64,000 nucleotides of DNA from Podarcis erhardii. Taxonomy: Eukaryota. Location of the stretch: NCBI GenBank assembly GCA_964252035.1, contig OZ176212.1. One strand, given 5' to 3'. Shown piece after piece: positions 63,796 to 64,000 of the stretch. The notes beneath the pieces were generated by a model, which had not been told where the DNA came from, ran no database searches, and was given only the letters and a program-made list of their open reading frames with translations. How positions within the stretch are numbered: position 1 is the stretch's first letter; each line of letters opens with the position of its first letter. Position numbers and translations under genes: made by a program.

Positions 63796-64000
63796 CAGTG
63801 GTACCTCAGGTTAAGAACTTAATTCGTTCTGGAGGTCCGTTCTTAACCTGAAACTGTTCTTAACCTGAAGCACCACTTTAGCTAATGGGGCCTCCCGCTA
63901 CCGCCATGCAATTTCTGTTCTCATCCTGAAGCAGAGTTCTTAACCTGAGGTACTATTTCTGGGTTAGCGGAGTCTGTAACCTGAAGCATCTGTAACCTGA
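63796..64000. mobile_element. Tc1/mariner-pogo-type MITE, truncated by the window edge
   Basis: TA|CAGTGGTACCTCAGGTTAAG, inserted directly next to the previous MITE. Confidence 0.75.

Overview
Vertebrate genomic DNA, very likely from a lacertid lizard, judged from the Sauria SINE, Squam3-like SINEs, BovB, CR1, Penelope and squamate MITEs present. I rebuilt the genes by hand from splice sites and reading-frame phases; no database search was run. Left to right: (1) a complete 9-coding-exon PACSIN/syndapin-family gene on the minus strand (409 aa, F-BAR+SH3) that is too divergent to call PACSIN1/2/3 and is probably a fourth paralog; (2) a TATA/TCT(TOP)-promoter non-coding host gene on the plus strand with two intronic SNORD88 (HBII-180) C/D snoRNAs; (3) a complete 11-exon ACP4 gene on the minus strand (398 aa); (4) a compact 6-exon plus-strand gene (297 aa) encoding signal peptide, short acidic leader, a leukocyte-integrin (alphaM/X/D-type) I domain with intact MIDAS, a Pro/Thr hinge and a Cys-flanked coiled coil; (5) the 5' part of RABEP2 on the plus strand. 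Gene 4 is the most novel item: it has no beta-propeller, leg or TM exons and looks like a secreted, oligomeric stand-alone integrin I-domain protein. Most entries in the supplied ORF track are spurious.
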